Origin: a virus
Length of the DNA: 64,000 bases
IMG/VR virus record: IMGVR_UViG_3300034064_001073
Location: 15,874 to 79,873 of that record
Strand: one strand, 5' to 3'
The notes beneath the pieces are model-generated. The model was given only the letters and a program-made list of their open reading frames with translations, had not been told where the DNA came from and searched no databases. The translations under genes and the position numbers were made by a program. Position 1 is the stretch's first letter; each line of letters starts with the position of its first letter. Positions 10,201 through 20,105 of the stretch are shown in pieces.

Positions 10201-12095
10201 TTTAGAATTAGTACACGTGCAGATTGCTCTCTGACTTCTTGCGCCATTTCAGCAAGAGTAATATTATTTCTATCTTTAAACTTTGCTCTTAGGAATTTTG
10301 CCCGCTCATCTTGCTCAACTAAAACGTCACTCGATAGACCAGGAATCTTTAAAGTACTAGAAAGTCTTACTCCTCTGGTGGCTGTGACATACCCCGCACC
10401 AGCTAGGAAGCCAATACCCAAAGATGAAACTACACCAGTAGAGCCAGGCATCATTTCATTAACTGCACGTCTCCATGAGTTAACGCCAAGCGCTTCTCCT
10501 GTATAGCTTCTAATTTCATTTCCTCTTGCTGCAAGGTTTGCAAAGCCAGGTATTGGACCTGCTGCAAACGGACCAACTCCAGCCATACCAAGAACACCAA
10601 GAGCTGCTCCAATTCCCGCTCCAACAAGAGTACGTTTTTGAGAATTGCTTGTTATCTCCATGCCCATTTTTTTAAAGACATCAGAAAAGCCAAGATCATC
10701 TGATATCATTTCAGGTATTTTCTTTCCAAGGTAAGCACCTAGTACAGTTAATCCGACTGTCTGTAAACCTCCAGAAATGCCCCCTGTAATAGGGTCGGCA
10801 TTCATCATGTTCCATCCTAGCTGATTGACCGTAGCCATGGTTAATGCTACCTTTGCGGCCATGCCAGCATACCTCATAAGCATTGCAGCACCATGGCCAT
10901 GGTCCAATCTTGGAGCTAGATTGTTTCTAGCTAAGAAGTTATAAATTTTCTTTTTTGGAGATGGAGATATATACTCAAGAAAATCTCCAGCTTGTCCATA
11001 TAATTCAGAAAACAATCTTGAAGTTCTCTGCAAGGCCATAGAAGCATATGCCTCAGTTAATAACGCAGTTGTTGCATACTTCTTTAAGTTCATTCTTTTG
11101 CCAGGAGAAAGCATACCGAGACTTCCTGTAGCTATGCCCTTCCTTGTTAAAGTTTGCATTCTACCCATCATACGGGTTAACTCTGGATCCATATTCTTTT
11201 CTGCCAGTAATATAAATCCTTCTCTTCCTCCGATGCCTTCTGCAAAGGTTGCACCGGTCTTCCTATCTTTTAAACCTAGGCTAGGTTCTATAATTCCAAG
11301 CAAAGCTTCAGTGAACAAACCTTTATCAACTAGACGTGCTGTCTTCTTGTTAAGCTTCTTCTTAGGCCCAGCCATATTGGTGACTTCTCCGTACATGTTA
11401 AGTGTACCAGAGAAAACGTCTCCATTCTCAAAGATTAGGTAATCTAGAAGATTTAATTTTCTTCGACTAATACCTAATTGCTTTGAATATAAATCCAATG
11501 TTCTAGATCTATTAGTTGCTCCTAAGGAATTCATACTAATGTTTAAAACAGTTTTACCTTGTCTTTTTGTCGTATAAGACAAGACATCGCTCATGTAAGT
11601 AGCTCTAGCAAATAACTTAACAACATTATCAAATATTGGTAAATTCAATCCACTTTGTTCTACTTTCTTAATTCCGGCATACCAAAAACTTTGAGGATCA
11701 TCACTAGATCTAATGTTCATTAATTCTTGAGTTGCACGAAAAGTAACAGCCCTTAAAGTCTTCATTGCTTCTTTGCCAGTCTTTAAATTAAAGACATCGC
11801 TTACTTTATTAACATGGCTAAAACTTCCAGACAATTGCCACTTCTGGAACTTTGTACTCTTTGAGAGTTCACCTGCTCCTCGAATAGCACTTGGACCCAT
11901 ATAAAAAACAAGACCACCTGCAGCCGTTTTCATTGCAAGATTCAATGCTTGATCAGCTGCAGTAACTTCTTCTCCTGCTGCACCAGAACTCTCAGCCCAT
12001 GTTTGCTTATCCTCGGAATACTGAGATCTCTCAACCGACTGGGTAAGATCATGGTATTCTGCAAGTTGTTCTGCAATTGCATTAGGAAGTGGCAT
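7218..12095 (-). CDS. 1625-aa tape-measure-like / ejected tail protein
   Basis: Follows the tube and chaperone genes, is large, and has several Gly/Ala-rich hydrophobic helices. Confidence 0.55.
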   Translation of the reverse strand: MPLPNAIAEQLAEYHDLTQSVERSQYSEDKQTWAESSGAAGEEVTAADQALNLAMKTAAGGLVFYMGPSAIRGAGELSKSTKFQKWQLSGSFSHVNKVSDVFNLKTGKEAMKTLRAVTFRATQELMNIRSSDDPQSFWYAGIKKVEQSGLNLPIFDNVVKLFARATYMSDVLSYTTKRQGKTVLNISMNSLGATNRSRTLDLYSKQLGISRRKLNLLDYLIFENGDVFSGTLNMYGEVTNMAGPKKKLNKKTARLVDKGLFTEALLGIIEPSLGLKDRKTGATFAEGIGGREGFILLAEKNMDPELTRMMGRMQTLTRKGIATGSLGMLSPGKRMNLKKYATTALLTEAYASMALQRTSRLFSELYGQAGDFLEYISPSPKKKIYNFLARNNLAPRLDHGHGAAMLMRYAGMAAKVALTMATVNQLGWNMMNADPITGGISGGLQTVGLTVLGAYLGKKIPEMISDDLGFSDVFKKMGMEITSNSQKRTLVGAGIGAALGVLGMAGVGPFAAGPIPGFANLAARGNEIRSYTGEALGVNSWRRAVNEMMPGSTGVVSSLGIGFLAGAGYVTATRGVRLSSTLKIPGLSSDVLVEQDERAKFLRAKFKDRNNITLAEMAQEVREQSARVLILNKQHADAYSGLSDREKVAARSRLETAITIARGDTGGLSSKQADVVERNVNSYIASLERKNEYGLLNNPIGKVADESNFDEIAEHITEHTYAEAKERIFASEKGAFGRLREAIRVAPRMRSILYASTVAAAAWYTATGSMGTLERPAELRELNQGKRLEAVKRGQKWEMGQTGYEGTDILYYRPTLTARLSSGATQAGASGGHGQLTEMVLKNFTYKLERENYWTRPAPITGAAFDQVPFIYPLIQPFADLIKKPRLMHVGEWARSDEEGNVKLLERSTGLDEIPDLQIGGLGLPAPYSPYSPGRVLGDFWEQTTSLGGLVGFYAKTAKNYLTGTPGFADQRQELESFSRNMDMASRFHDLQGGGSFLGVPFVSEPIRRFLHKDDLKQYNPIQNAMPSWMPDSFKFGNQYTSTRYGEGEYRMPGKGYVALHKELKGVNPEDYPLLHKLNILGDVAPQSPQYKGYLRQAELMKAGGDMTQEERKFFYRHKQMIENKKNDMEYDTYQFKPSTYDNISGRVSSVDASTMSFTLEGYGGRFGVAGISNDVDALISDYNLSIKQAAKLKGKNESAFSSKIQVGQGVSVDVPASIGQAVDSSGIIRGAVSNNGFNVNQDIREEGDFARDDSQISSYAMTNPIGRMFGRAWEATTHIANRVAQPIEHIGMFGMSPVNKLLPFRDALEEYESRELYGTEMKGWDSPVADWIAPAVKSALHNWLGFNFESPGLREKRQTEEYFDKLKYVKYSSLSQAASMEGNGQLANQYQNIAQDTYVGGTGYVSEDRLANVLGGRESMFAAGFAREMNPGRQGEIIDALPDYKARLMEGFYLNQDLEAINRAATAGPMSTYGMDYAADLIIKKQKEGFDVADPQMVESAKLQEVSQFFNHRSMPAVDWIGFNPAVDLEDVKLKYIQSEGMDYHDFGIYPSRASYMPRKPYVDEKAMQDLNNLSFRNGLNGMANAAKMYSGYGVNSYNIQGPNRNQDFVDLTFNEYNTLNPFM

Positions 12096-12146
12096 AGTAA
12101 CTTACTATAAAAAGAGTATATTCTTATTTTCTCTTAAACACCTATC

Positions 12147-13208
12147 CTATGGTTTAGTTTTAAACCTCTTTTTGAAATTAGGCTTTTGTTTTTCTACTTT
12201 TGCCGCTTCTTCTCGCTCTTTTTCTTGTTTCTCAATTATAAGTTCATATCCAGCAGGCATAAGTCCCATCTCCATTTGCATTGCGAGAGCTTCTGCGTCT
12301 GTCATACCTGGACCATTAAAGTCTCCTGACTCAAATCCTCCAAGTTGATTCTGTCTATTAATTGTAATGCCAGGAACATTAACAGCAACTCCATTAGATA
12401 TAGCAACACTGTCCTTCGGAGGAATATAATCTGTCTTTGAAATCTTCTCTTTTACTTTATTCCTATTCTCGTCTTCCTTGCTTATTTTGTTTTGTTGCTC
12501 TCTGATAATATTCTCTTTTCTCCTTTTCTCAAGATCTTGCTTCTCTTGTTGTTCTCTTACTTTAAGCAATTCTTTCAAGAAGCTTCCTTCTTCAGAATCA
12601 GGAGGTACATTTGTTTTAACTGGTTCCTTAGCAGAAGCTACCTCTTTATTCATCTCTTCTTGGTCTTCTGGGTTATATATTTCGAGTGGCTGCTTAAGCA
12701 TTCCATTCTCAAGTAGGTAACGCTCAGCACTAGCAAAAAGACTAGAGATCTTATCAAATGGCAACTTATCTAGCATCTCAAATGTGTATGCTTTAAAGAC
12801 TAAACAAATAACAGTATACATCTGATACTCAACGTTAGTTCTTGCAATGCTTCTATACATATTTAATCTATATGTAAAAGAACCAATATCAATTCTTCCG
12901 TTCTTATCAGGAATAATGCCAGAATCGCTAACATACATAATCAAGTCAGAGATAGTATCAACTACGCCAGCAGGTAGAAGATCTATCTCCATGTCTGTCC
13001 AACTCGGATCTCTAAGTGTATAGTCTCTAAAGATTTTCATCTTCAAATCCCATGGAGGAATGCTTTGGACCCGTTCAGCAAAACGAATCCTCTTGTACTC
13101 TCCCCATGGGATACGAGTATAGAACACAGTCAACTTACTAGATAAGTTGTAAGGAATATCTATAACATATAAGGGGATATCTTTGTAGTTAAAGATATCT
13201 ATATCCAT
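12147..13208 (-). CDS. Putative tail assembly chaperone-like protein
   Basis: Lies between a chaperone gene and the tape-measure-like gene. Its LLPAGVVDTISDLIMYVS segment parallels DLPAGLPDLLVNMISRLS in the neighbour. Confidence 0.5.
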   Translation of the reverse strand: MDIDIFNYKDIPLYVIDIPYNLSSKLTVFYTRIPWGEYKRIRFAERVQSIPPWDLKMKIFRDYTLRDPSWTDMEIDLLPAGVVDTISDLIMYVSDSGIIPDKNGRIDIGSFTYRLNMYRSIARTNVEYQMYTVICLVFKAYTFEMLDKLPFDKISSLFASAERYLLENGMLKQPLEIYNPEDQEEMNKEVASAKEPVKTNVPPDSEEGSFLKELLKVREQQEKQDLEKRRKENIIREQQNKISKEDENRNKVKEKISKTDYIPPKDSVAISNGVAVNVPGITINRQNQLGGFESGDFNGPGMTDAEALAMQMEMGLMPAGYELIIEKQEKEREEAAKVEKQKPNFKKRFKTKP

Positions 13209-13225
13209 TTTTTATCTTATTATGT

Positions 13226-13741
13226 TTAGAGTTCTTTGCTCAGAGAGAAAGCTAGCTCAACAGGAATAAACGCGCTTAGACGGCTAATCATGTTAACAAG
13301 TAGGTCTGGAAGACCAGCTGGAAGATCTGAGATTGCTTCTTCTGAGAGAAGAGGAAACACGCAACCAGCCTCAAGGATTTCCTTGTTAAGCTTCTCTGCG
13401 TCTTGGCCAGCAATTTCTCTAATCATTTTCATCTCACGAACTCTGAGAGGGCGAACAACAAACCACTTGCCATCCTCATGAGGATAGACAATGACTGTGC
13501 CATGTCGCTCTTTCATCTTTGTAAGGTATGACTTTGAGCATCCAAGCTTTTCAAGCGAACTATAAAGAAGTTCCTTTTCGTCAGCTGGCTCAGAATCTGG
13601 AGAATTATCTGGAAGGTCTTCTTCAGTTATTGAAGCCGAAATTTCTGCTTCCTTCTTTTCTTTTTCCTTTCTTGCCTTGTCTAGCTTTGCTGCTAGTTTA
13701 AGATCACTGTCATCTTGTAAAGTATCATCTAGGTCGACCAT
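13226..13741 (-). CDS. Tail assembly chaperone
   Basis: 171 aa, downstream of the tube genes. FVVRPLRVREMK...CVFP...LPAGLPDLL...S pattern is typical of myophage chaperones. Confidence 0.6.
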   Translation of the reverse strand: MVDLDDTLQDDSDLKLAAKLDKARKEKEKKEAEISASITEEDLPDNSPDSEPADEKELLYSSLEKLGCSKSYLTKMKERHGTVIVYPHEDGKWFVVRPLRVREMKMIREIAGQDAEKLNKEILEAGCVFPLLSEEAISDLPAGLPDLLVNMISRLSAFIPVELAFSLSKEL

Positions 13742-13749
13742 AAAAACTC

Positions 13750-14631
13750 CTAAGGACTTGCTTCAGTTTCGGGTTTAATTAACGTAAATTTATCTCTGGC
13801 TATGAACTTATAAACCTCCATAACAGGTTGGTCATCCGCCATAACTTGGTGACTTTCACCAATAAAATGAACTCCTTTTAATATTGTTGAAAAGGAATTA
13901 CTATAATCTAAGATACCAGTTTGTTTTCCGTTTAATTTAGGATCACCATATGTAATAACAATATCTAGCCCAGGCCAAGTTGCTGCACTAGAATTATTAG
14001 AAAATTGGTCTGGTCTTTTATATATTGAATTCTTATCTTTTAGATCTATAGAAGTTTGTAGATTTCTAGGATCTACTTGGGTACTCGGACCATATTGAAA
14101 AGAGCCATTTGCTGTATCAATGCTTACTCCATTTAATTGACGTTCACTTGGAGAAAATGCTGATCTATAGTCTTTTAACGCACTAGGATTATTAAATAAA
14201 TCATTTAATAGCTGATCATAGTTATCTTCTTGTCTTGCCCCTGATCCATATGTTGCATTACTCATAATCGTGCGAATCGCCTCTGCCGCCGCCCCAGGTG
14301 CTTCTTCATCATTCTGAGTAAAAGCATTTCTGCCTATAGGTCTACTTATTACGTCTTTCTTGTATTCAGCTGATAAATTGCTTGGGTAGTTATGGTAGTC
14401 TCTAATTATCTTAGAAAGATAATTTGCATGTTGGTATGTCAAATATAATTGCCCAATAACAATAACTTGTCCTGTTGCAATTGCATCAAACACCATACTA
14501 TTGTATCCATATATAGGTCTTTTATTCTGTGACAGTTCATAGGAAATGCCAAATGCATTACCAATTAAACTTTCACCAATAGTAAGTGAAATATTAGATC
14601 CAGTATATATACTTGCAACTTGTCTTGACAT
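13750..14631 (-). CDS. Tail tube-like protein (paralog 3)
   Basis: YTGSNI...ISYELSQNKRPIYGY...G.L and terminal FIARD align by eye with the tube gene at 15628. Confidence 0.65.
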   Translation of the reverse strand: MSRQVASIYTGSNISLTIGESLIGNAFGISYELSQNKRPIYGYNSMVFDAIATGQVIVIGQLYLTYQHANYLSKIIRDYHNYPSNLSAEYKKDVISRPIGRNAFTQNDEEAPGAAAEAIRTIMSNATYGSGARQEDNYDQLLNDLFNNPSALKDYRSAFSPSERQLNGVSIDTANGSFQYGPSTQVDPRNLQTSIDLKDKNSIYKRPDQFSNNSSAATWPGLDIVITYGDPKLNGKQTGILDYSNSFSTILKGVHFIGESHQVMADDQPVMEVYKFIARDKFTLIKPETEASP

Positions 14632-14645
14632 TAAATCTCCAGAGT

Positions 14646-15422
14646 TTAGTTCATCGTAGTAGGAGCTTGACTACCAGCTGGAGCCTGAAGTGGTGGCGCT
14701 AACTGCTCATCTTCAGTCTCTGCCTCTTGTGGTCCATTGAACTGACTTCGCCATGCTTTTGTTTCGTCCATATTTACTGCATGGAAATACTCAATGTCTC
14801 TTGCGATGTACTGATATTGTACTTCAGTATATATATCTTCTACTGACATTGTTTGAGAATCATGCACAATATCAACACCATATAGAATAATTTTCCCGAC
14901 ATCATTGTCTTCATTCAAAAACAAAATAATAATGTCAAAAGGGGGTAAGTCTGATGGCTTAGTTATTTCTCCGAATAAACTAGTATCCCATGAGAAGTCC
15001 CATTGCTTTTTTAACTTTTCTTTATTTATCTCACTGGTTTTTTCTGGGATTACATACTCTACATCCCCAGAACTATAGGTAAGAAAGCCGCCTTTGTCAC
15101 TTACGCTAGTAATGCCAGTTGCAAACTTATTCTCATTCAAAACATGCAAATGCATTTGATTAAAGATTAAGGTTCCAGCAATAGTTCTTCCACCCCTTGC
15201 AATACCAATTGGGTTTTTAAACCCTAATGCCTTAACAGGAGTCTTTGAATTGTATGTTGAGATACTGATGGTCTGAAGAGTTCCAATCTTGAAAACCTTC
15301 TCTTCATTCAATTGCTCTGTACCTCTCATATACTGAGGTAGGCGTATTATTGCGTTTATATCGCAACCAGAGAAGCCCATTCTTCCGCCTCTGGAGTATC
15401 CTGCACTGAATGATCCCGACAT
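14646..15422 (-). CDS. Tail tube-like protein (paralog 2)
   Basis: FSGCDI...NPIGIARGGRTIAGTLIF...DLPPFDI...YIARD, clearly homologous to 15628-16266. Confidence 0.75.
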   Translation of the reverse strand: MSGSFSAGYSRGGRMGFSGCDINAIIRLPQYMRGTEQLNEEKVFKIGTLQTISISTYNSKTPVKALGFKNPIGIARGGRTIAGTLIFNQMHLHVLNENKFATGITSVSDKGGFLTYSSGDVEYVIPEKTSEINKEKLKKQWDFSWDTSLFGEITKPSDLPPFDIIILFLNEDNDVGKIILYGVDIVHDSQTMSVEDIYTEVQYQYIARDIEYFHAVNMDETKAWRSQFNGPQEAETEDEQLAPPLQAPAGSQAPTTMN

Positions 15423-15423
15423 G

Positions 15424-15552
15424 TTACCTTTTTAAGTGAGACTCAAATTTATTTAGTATGTCTGTAAAATAGACATAAGCAAGAAACGCCACAACAAGTA
15501 CGACTATTGCTGCAGATATTTTTATTCTATCAGTTAAAGATTGTTTGTCCAT
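15424..15552 (-). CDS. 42-aa single-pass membrane protein not in the ORF track
   Basis: MDKQSLTDRIKISAAIVVLVVAFLAYVYFTDILNKFESHLKR, with GGAGG 7 nt upstream of the ATG; fills the intergenic gap. Confidence 0.6.
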   Translation of the reverse strand: MDKQSLTDRIKISAAIVVLVVAFLAYVYFTDILNKFESHLKR

Positions 15553-15570
15553 AAGCAATCCTCCATAAAT

Positions 15571-15601
15571 AAAAAACCCACGTATATATTATATACGTGG
15601 G
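15571..15601 (-). terminator. Intrinsic terminator after the tail tube gene
   Basis: CCCACGTATAT/ATATACGTGGG inverted repeat followed by a T6 run on the minus strand. Confidence 0.8.
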
Positions 15602-15627
15602 CTTCTTAGGAGGTTTAACTAATACTC

Positions 15628-16266
15628 TTAGGCGATTGTAATGCTACCACCGTCGCGAGTAATAGTACCGATGTTGGAGATACCCGAACCTTCGTCTCTG
15701 CTAGCAGTCCAACGAGTAACCGCACGGGCGAGATACGTTGTCTGCATGTCAGCTTGACGATCTTCAATACCCATGCCCCAACCTTCGTTCATGAGCTCAC
15801 ACCCGTGAATGACGCAACGAGCTTGGATACCAAACTCATTACAGGCTGCAACAGTAATATCAAATGGAGGAATCTGGTCCGCATAGAAAGCTCTGCTGAC
15901 AGCACCAAGTGCCTCAGGGTTAACATCCGCAGTGATTGCTCCGATTGCCGCATCGTCCTGCTTAAGATCAGACGGAGAGATTTCATACTTCTTCTTTACG
16001 AAGTTACCAAGGTTGCCCGTTGAGAACTGCTCAAGAATAGCATGTGTATCAAACTGAATGAAGATAAGTGAACCAGCAATACCACGCTTGCCACGTGAGA
16101 AACCACGAGGGTTGGCCTCACCTAGCACGTAGATAGGAGCCTTTTCACGCTGAATAGCATAAGAGACTGCCATTAGGTTACCGACTTCCTTGGCGCCAAA
16201 GACAGCTTTGATGTCTGCGCCAGAGAAGCTATTAAATGATCTTGTTGTAAAATCTGCTGCGGCCAT
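15628..16266 (-). CDS. Major tail tube protein
   Basis: Directly after the sheath, with a strong AAGGAG SD and a downstream terminator. Motifs SFSGADI...RGFSRGKRGIAGSLIF...DQIPPFDI. Confidence 0.8.
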   Translation of the reverse strand: MAAADFTTRSFNSFSGADIKAVFGAKEVGNLMAVSYAIQREKAPIYVLGEANPRGFSRGKRGIAGSLIFIQFDTHAILEQFSTGNLGNFVKKKYEISPSDLKQDDAAIGAITADVNPEALGAVSRAFYADQIPPFDITVAACNEFGIQARCVIHGCELMNEGWGMGIEDRQADMQTTYLARAVTRWTASRDEGSGISNIGTITRDGGSITIA

Positions 16267-16284
16267 TTTTGTTCTCCTTTAGAA

Positions 16285-19200
16285 TTACTGTGCGCTTAAG
16301 TTGACTGAGAAGGTAATCTGACGAAGCTCAAACACCGGAGTGATTGTAAGCTTAACTTTCATCTTACCAAGAACACGGTCTGAAGCGCTTTGCTCAATCT
16401 TGAACGAAGCACTAGTAACCGTCTGGATCGGCTCACCAGAGATGTTATCCTTAAGGACTTCACCAATAGCGGATTCAAGAGCAGCTCTCATTGGAGCAGA
16501 AAGACCTTTACCAACGAATGGACGAGTTGCAGTTCTTAGCTGGTCAACTAGTCTTGAGATGATTCTGACTGTTGTAAGTCTGGTATAGTCAGAAGTTGGT
16601 GAAGCAAACGTCGGTGAATCTGCGATTGAGGCAGTTGTACCGTTTGGCTCGCTCTTAGCAAGGACAAGACCAAGACCACAGCCTGCGTCAACAACCTTTG
16701 TCTCCACTCTGTAGTCAATGGTAAGCTGAGGAAGCTTTTCATTGATTAGTGAGTTTGCAACTGAGATGTTAGGAAGAAGACCAGCAACCATTGTAGCTGC
16801 GTTTAAGATGTAGTTAGGACGGCGAGGATTTAGGTCATCGGTTGTTCTGCCAAAGAAGGCAACAACGCTAATGTACTTACCAAGATCAACCTTGCGGTTG
16901 TTCTCATCAAGAACAAGATTGACCTCAGCATAGTCAATTAGACCATCCTTCGTAAGGAAGAGTCCACCATGCTTTAAGCCGTTGTTGAAGTCGCTGCGAC
17001 CACCAACAAACTTATGACCAAGTAGGCCATTGCCATCTTCTGTAACATAGTAAGCATTCTCTTCGCCGTCAAAGACGTACGTAGGAGCTTTGCCATAATA
17101 AGCTCTGATTGCACGAGGATTGAGACCCTCTGGAATCGTAGTGCCAATTACACCATGAACAAACTTGTAATCGCTTGAGTTCTCATGGCAATACTTAGCA
17201 AGAAGATGAGCAAAGTTTACCTCAGAATAAAGAGCAGTAGCAGGCGCCTCACTCGCAAGACCAGCACTGGATATCTTTGCAGCAAGACCATCATCTGACC
17301 AGTAATAGGTATATGTATAGTCGCCGTTATTGACAACTGATAGATAACCCAAGACATCCTTTGCGGAGCCAGGAACAGGATATGTATCTGTTGTGAAAGT
17401 TGACTCTAGGCCATCAGCAATGTTAGCGCTATTCAAGTGGACCGAGAGAGGAACGATAAAGTCAAAAGCAGCAAGATCAAGATCTTCAAAAGCAGTATGA
17501 AGCTTTTCGTATCTCTTAAGAAGAGAAAGACTTTGTCCAGCATCACCAGCGTCAAATGTAACCTGAGAAGGTCCAAAGCCAGCGTGGGCAGCCATATAAG
17601 CCGCAGATCCTAGCTCACCAAACAAAGCTCCACGAAGACCATAAGAACTAACAACACCTCCACTTGCAACCTTTGAAAGAGGCATATAGACGCCACCTTG
17701 CACATTACCAAAGGCTCTATCAATGGAAATAGGATAGAGACCAAGGTTGCGGCTTCTACCATGAGCAGATGAATTAACAGTTATGCCAATACCTGCACCA
17801 TTCACAGACGCCGCAGAAGTCATAAACGGTCTAGCTGTATAACCAGCGTAAGGATGACCAACTGGGTAGACAAGAACGCCATTCGCATTCGTAACGCCAT
17901 TAGCGGTAATTGTTACCACATTGTCAGCACGAGTAATACTAAACGGAAGGTCTGTTGCAATAAGAGCTACTCTAATTTCCTCAGCAACATCGGCGGCGGT
18001 TATAGCTTGAATTCCAGCTGTGCCTGCCTTCGAAACCTGTGAAATTAGACCAAGAGAAGTAACCGCTGTAACAGTTAGTGTAAGGTCATCGGTGCCATCA
18101 CCACCAAGATCTTCACCTGCAATAACAAGTGTATCACCAGTGCTGAATGGCTTATGAATACGTCTTGTACCAGAAACACTAAAGCCTGTAACTGCATTAC
18201 CGCTACCAGCGCCAGAAACTTCTGTTACTGTAAGAATAAGATTATTCAAGCTAGTACCACCAAGGGACTCGCCATCGAAGTAGAAAACATCGCCTACCAT
18301 ATAGTCTTGGCCGCCTTCTACAAGCGTTATCATGCTAGTTGTGTATGCACCACTTGTTGCATAAGGCACTTCAACGTCTATTTCTAGACCTGTACCTTCA
18401 TCGCCGCCGTCACGGTCAACAAAGAAGTCATCTGTAATGTCAGTAGTTGTAAGACCGTATAACATTACTTGGGCGCTTGCTGCGCTACCACCGTCAACAA
18501 TTGAGACTACCGCAGCAGCAGCCGTATAGCTCACAGGAGTGCTTCCAGTCGGAAGAGTGACATTAAACTCAGGCATCGAACGGAAAGTCCAAGTCTCGCC
18601 GTCACCTGGCTGGTTCTGCACAGTGCCGCTCTCAGCTGTAAGACCAGTGTAGTCGTTTGAAGATAAGTCACCTTCAATGGCCTGACCTGAAACCGCAAGT
18701 GAATAAGTACCACCGGTGTATGATCCGCCAACTGAAGTTGTGATTCTAAGAGTCTCTACATTACCATCAGCAGTGCCAGGGTCAACGTCAGCGATATCAA
18801 AAGAAACATCAACTTCACCATTATCGGTTGTTGCGCCATCAAAAGCATTACCCATCCAGACAATTGAATCTGTTGCAAGATTAACAACAACAAGCTCAGC
18901 AACAATGCGGCTTTGATCTGCTGCGGCTCCGGGCACTTCTGAGTAGTTCTCAGCATGCTTATAAGCAACAGCATAGTTTGCAGCAGCTTCAGGCGACTGT
19001 TGAATTGGAGTTATCTTAAAGCCAGCAGGCGCGTCGTCATAGTCGGCACCAATGCCAGACACTGAAGGAGCAGTACCAGGAAGACGATAAAGATAAATGT
19101 TAGAACCGCCGCCCTTCTTAACTTCTGATGCACCACGAGTTAGCTCGGAGGTTGCACCAAATTCACGAACGACAGAAGCAATATCAGTCACTAGATAGGG

Positions 19201-19326
19201 CTCACTTGTTAGACCTTTACCAGCTGTGCCAATGACTAGAACAGACTGGCTAGTATTAGTCGTCATTTGGCCGAGGTTTCCGTCCTGAAGCTCTACATAA
19301 CTACCAGGTAAATTTACATATGGCAT
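16285..19326 (-). CDS. Contractile tail sheath protein with a large insertion
   Basis: N-terminal LPGSYVELQDG...VIGTAGKG...FG and C-terminal DYTRLTTVRI...PFVGK...ITPVFELRQITFSV are sheath signatures. Confidence 0.9.
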   Translation of the reverse strand: MPYVNLPGSYVELQDGNLGQMTTNTSQSVLVIGTAGKGLTSEPYLVTDIASVVREFGATSELTRGASEVKKGGGSNIYLYRLPGTAPSVSGIGADYDDAPAGFKITPIQQSPEAAANYAVAYKHAENYSEVPGAAADQSRIVAELVVVNLATDSIVWMGNAFDGATTDNGEVDVSFDIADVDPGTADGNVETLRITTSVGGSYTGGTYSLAVSGQAIEGDLSSNDYTGLTAESGTVQNQPGDGETWTFRSMPEFNVTLPTGSTPVSYTAAAAVVSIVDGGSAASAQVMLYGLTTTDITDDFFVDRDGGDEGTGLEIDVEVPYATSGAYTTSMITLVEGGQDYMVGDVFYFDGESLGGTSLNNLILTVTEVSGAGSGNAVTGFSVSGTRRIHKPFSTGDTLVIAGEDLGGDGTDDLTLTVTAVTSLGLISQVSKAGTAGIQAITAADVAEEIRVALIATDLPFSITRADNVVTITANGVTNANGVLVYPVGHPYAGYTARPFMTSAASVNGAGIGITVNSSAHGRSRNLGLYPISIDRAFGNVQGGVYMPLSKVASGGVVSSYGLRGALFGELGSAAYMAAHAGFGPSQVTFDAGDAGQSLSLLKRYEKLHTAFEDLDLAAFDFIVPLSVHLNSANIADGLESTFTTDTYPVPGSAKDVLGYLSVVNNGDYTYTYYWSDDGLAAKISSAGLASEAPATALYSEVNFAHLLAKYCHENSSDYKFVHGVIGTTIPEGLNPRAIRAYYGKAPTYVFDGEENAYYVTEDGNGLLGHKFVGGRSDFNNGLKHGGLFLTKDGLIDYAEVNLVLDENNRKVDLGKYISVVAFFGRTTDDLNPRRPNYILNAATMVAGLLPNISVANSLINEKLPQLTIDYRVETKVVDAGCGLGLVLAKSEPNGTTASIADSPTFASPTSDYTRLTTVRIISRLVDQLRTATRPFVGKGLSAPMRAALESAIGEVLKDNISGEPIQTVTSASFKIEQSASDRVLGKMKVKLTITPVFELRQITFSVNLSAQ

Positions 19327-19346
19327 ATTTTCTCCTTTGAATTAAA

Positions 19347-20105
19347 TTAACTTGAGGGTGTTATCTGTAGAATAATTTGTTTGAGGACAAGAATACTGGT
19401 CCAAGTAAGTTTTTCAATTGAAACAGCATATTTTAAAGTTCTTTTGTGCCTAAGTGCTTCCGTATCATCTCCTGTGTCCTCAACAAATGTGAAGTCTAGG
19501 ACCCCACTGTATTTAACATACCATAGATAAGTCTTTATAATATCTGCAATCCATTCCTTGATTTGGTCAGCTTCATGTGCAGTTTTTGCATAGACACTTA
19601 AGCCAATATTGTAGTCTAATCTCTGGCCATAAATATAAACCTCAGAACTGTCGTCTTGAGGGTCAATGTACTTCCCAAGAAGAATACTTGTAACCATTCT
19701 ACGAGAAGGCGAATTTACTGGGCCAGAGCCTGCAGCGCCTGGTTTCCCATCTGAAACTTTAAATATAATTGTTGGTGTCTCACTCTCAACGTTGATAATT
19801 GGACGCTGAATTATAAGACGATCGTTATTCAGCCAAGCAGGTTTCATTGTGGAAGTTGCCATATCTATAACTTGCTGGAGTATTTCCATTACTTCATAGA
19901 TTGTGTTAACTTTGAATTTCTCGTTCTGAAGTTTAACTATAGCACGCCCGCCAGGCTCAAGGATTATGTTATTAGGAATAGGCTGTAAGACTACATTACC
20001 TAAGTTCTCAGACTCCATAATATTTACAAGTGTTGTCTGTTGAGCTTCACTCAGATCTTTCAGTAGCTGTGGAGTTAATGGATTTAACATTAGTATTTCC
20101 TGCAA
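19347..20105 (-). CDS. Putative tail terminator / neck protein
   Basis: Position before the sheath; YNIGLSVYAKTAHEADQI fold pattern. Confidence 0.55.
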   Translation of the reverse strand: MQEILMLNPLTPQLLKDLSEAQQTTLVNIMESENLGNVVLQPIPNNIILEPGGRAIVKLQNEKFKVNTIYEVMEILQQVIDMATSTMKPAWLNNDRLIIQRPIINVESETPTIIFKVSDGKPGAAGSGPVNSPSRRMVTSILLGKYIDPQDDSSEVYIYGQRLDYNIGLSVYAKTAHEADQIKEWIADIIKTYLWYVKYSGVLDFTFVEDTGDDTEALRHKRTLKYAVSIEKLTWTSILVLKQIILQITPSS

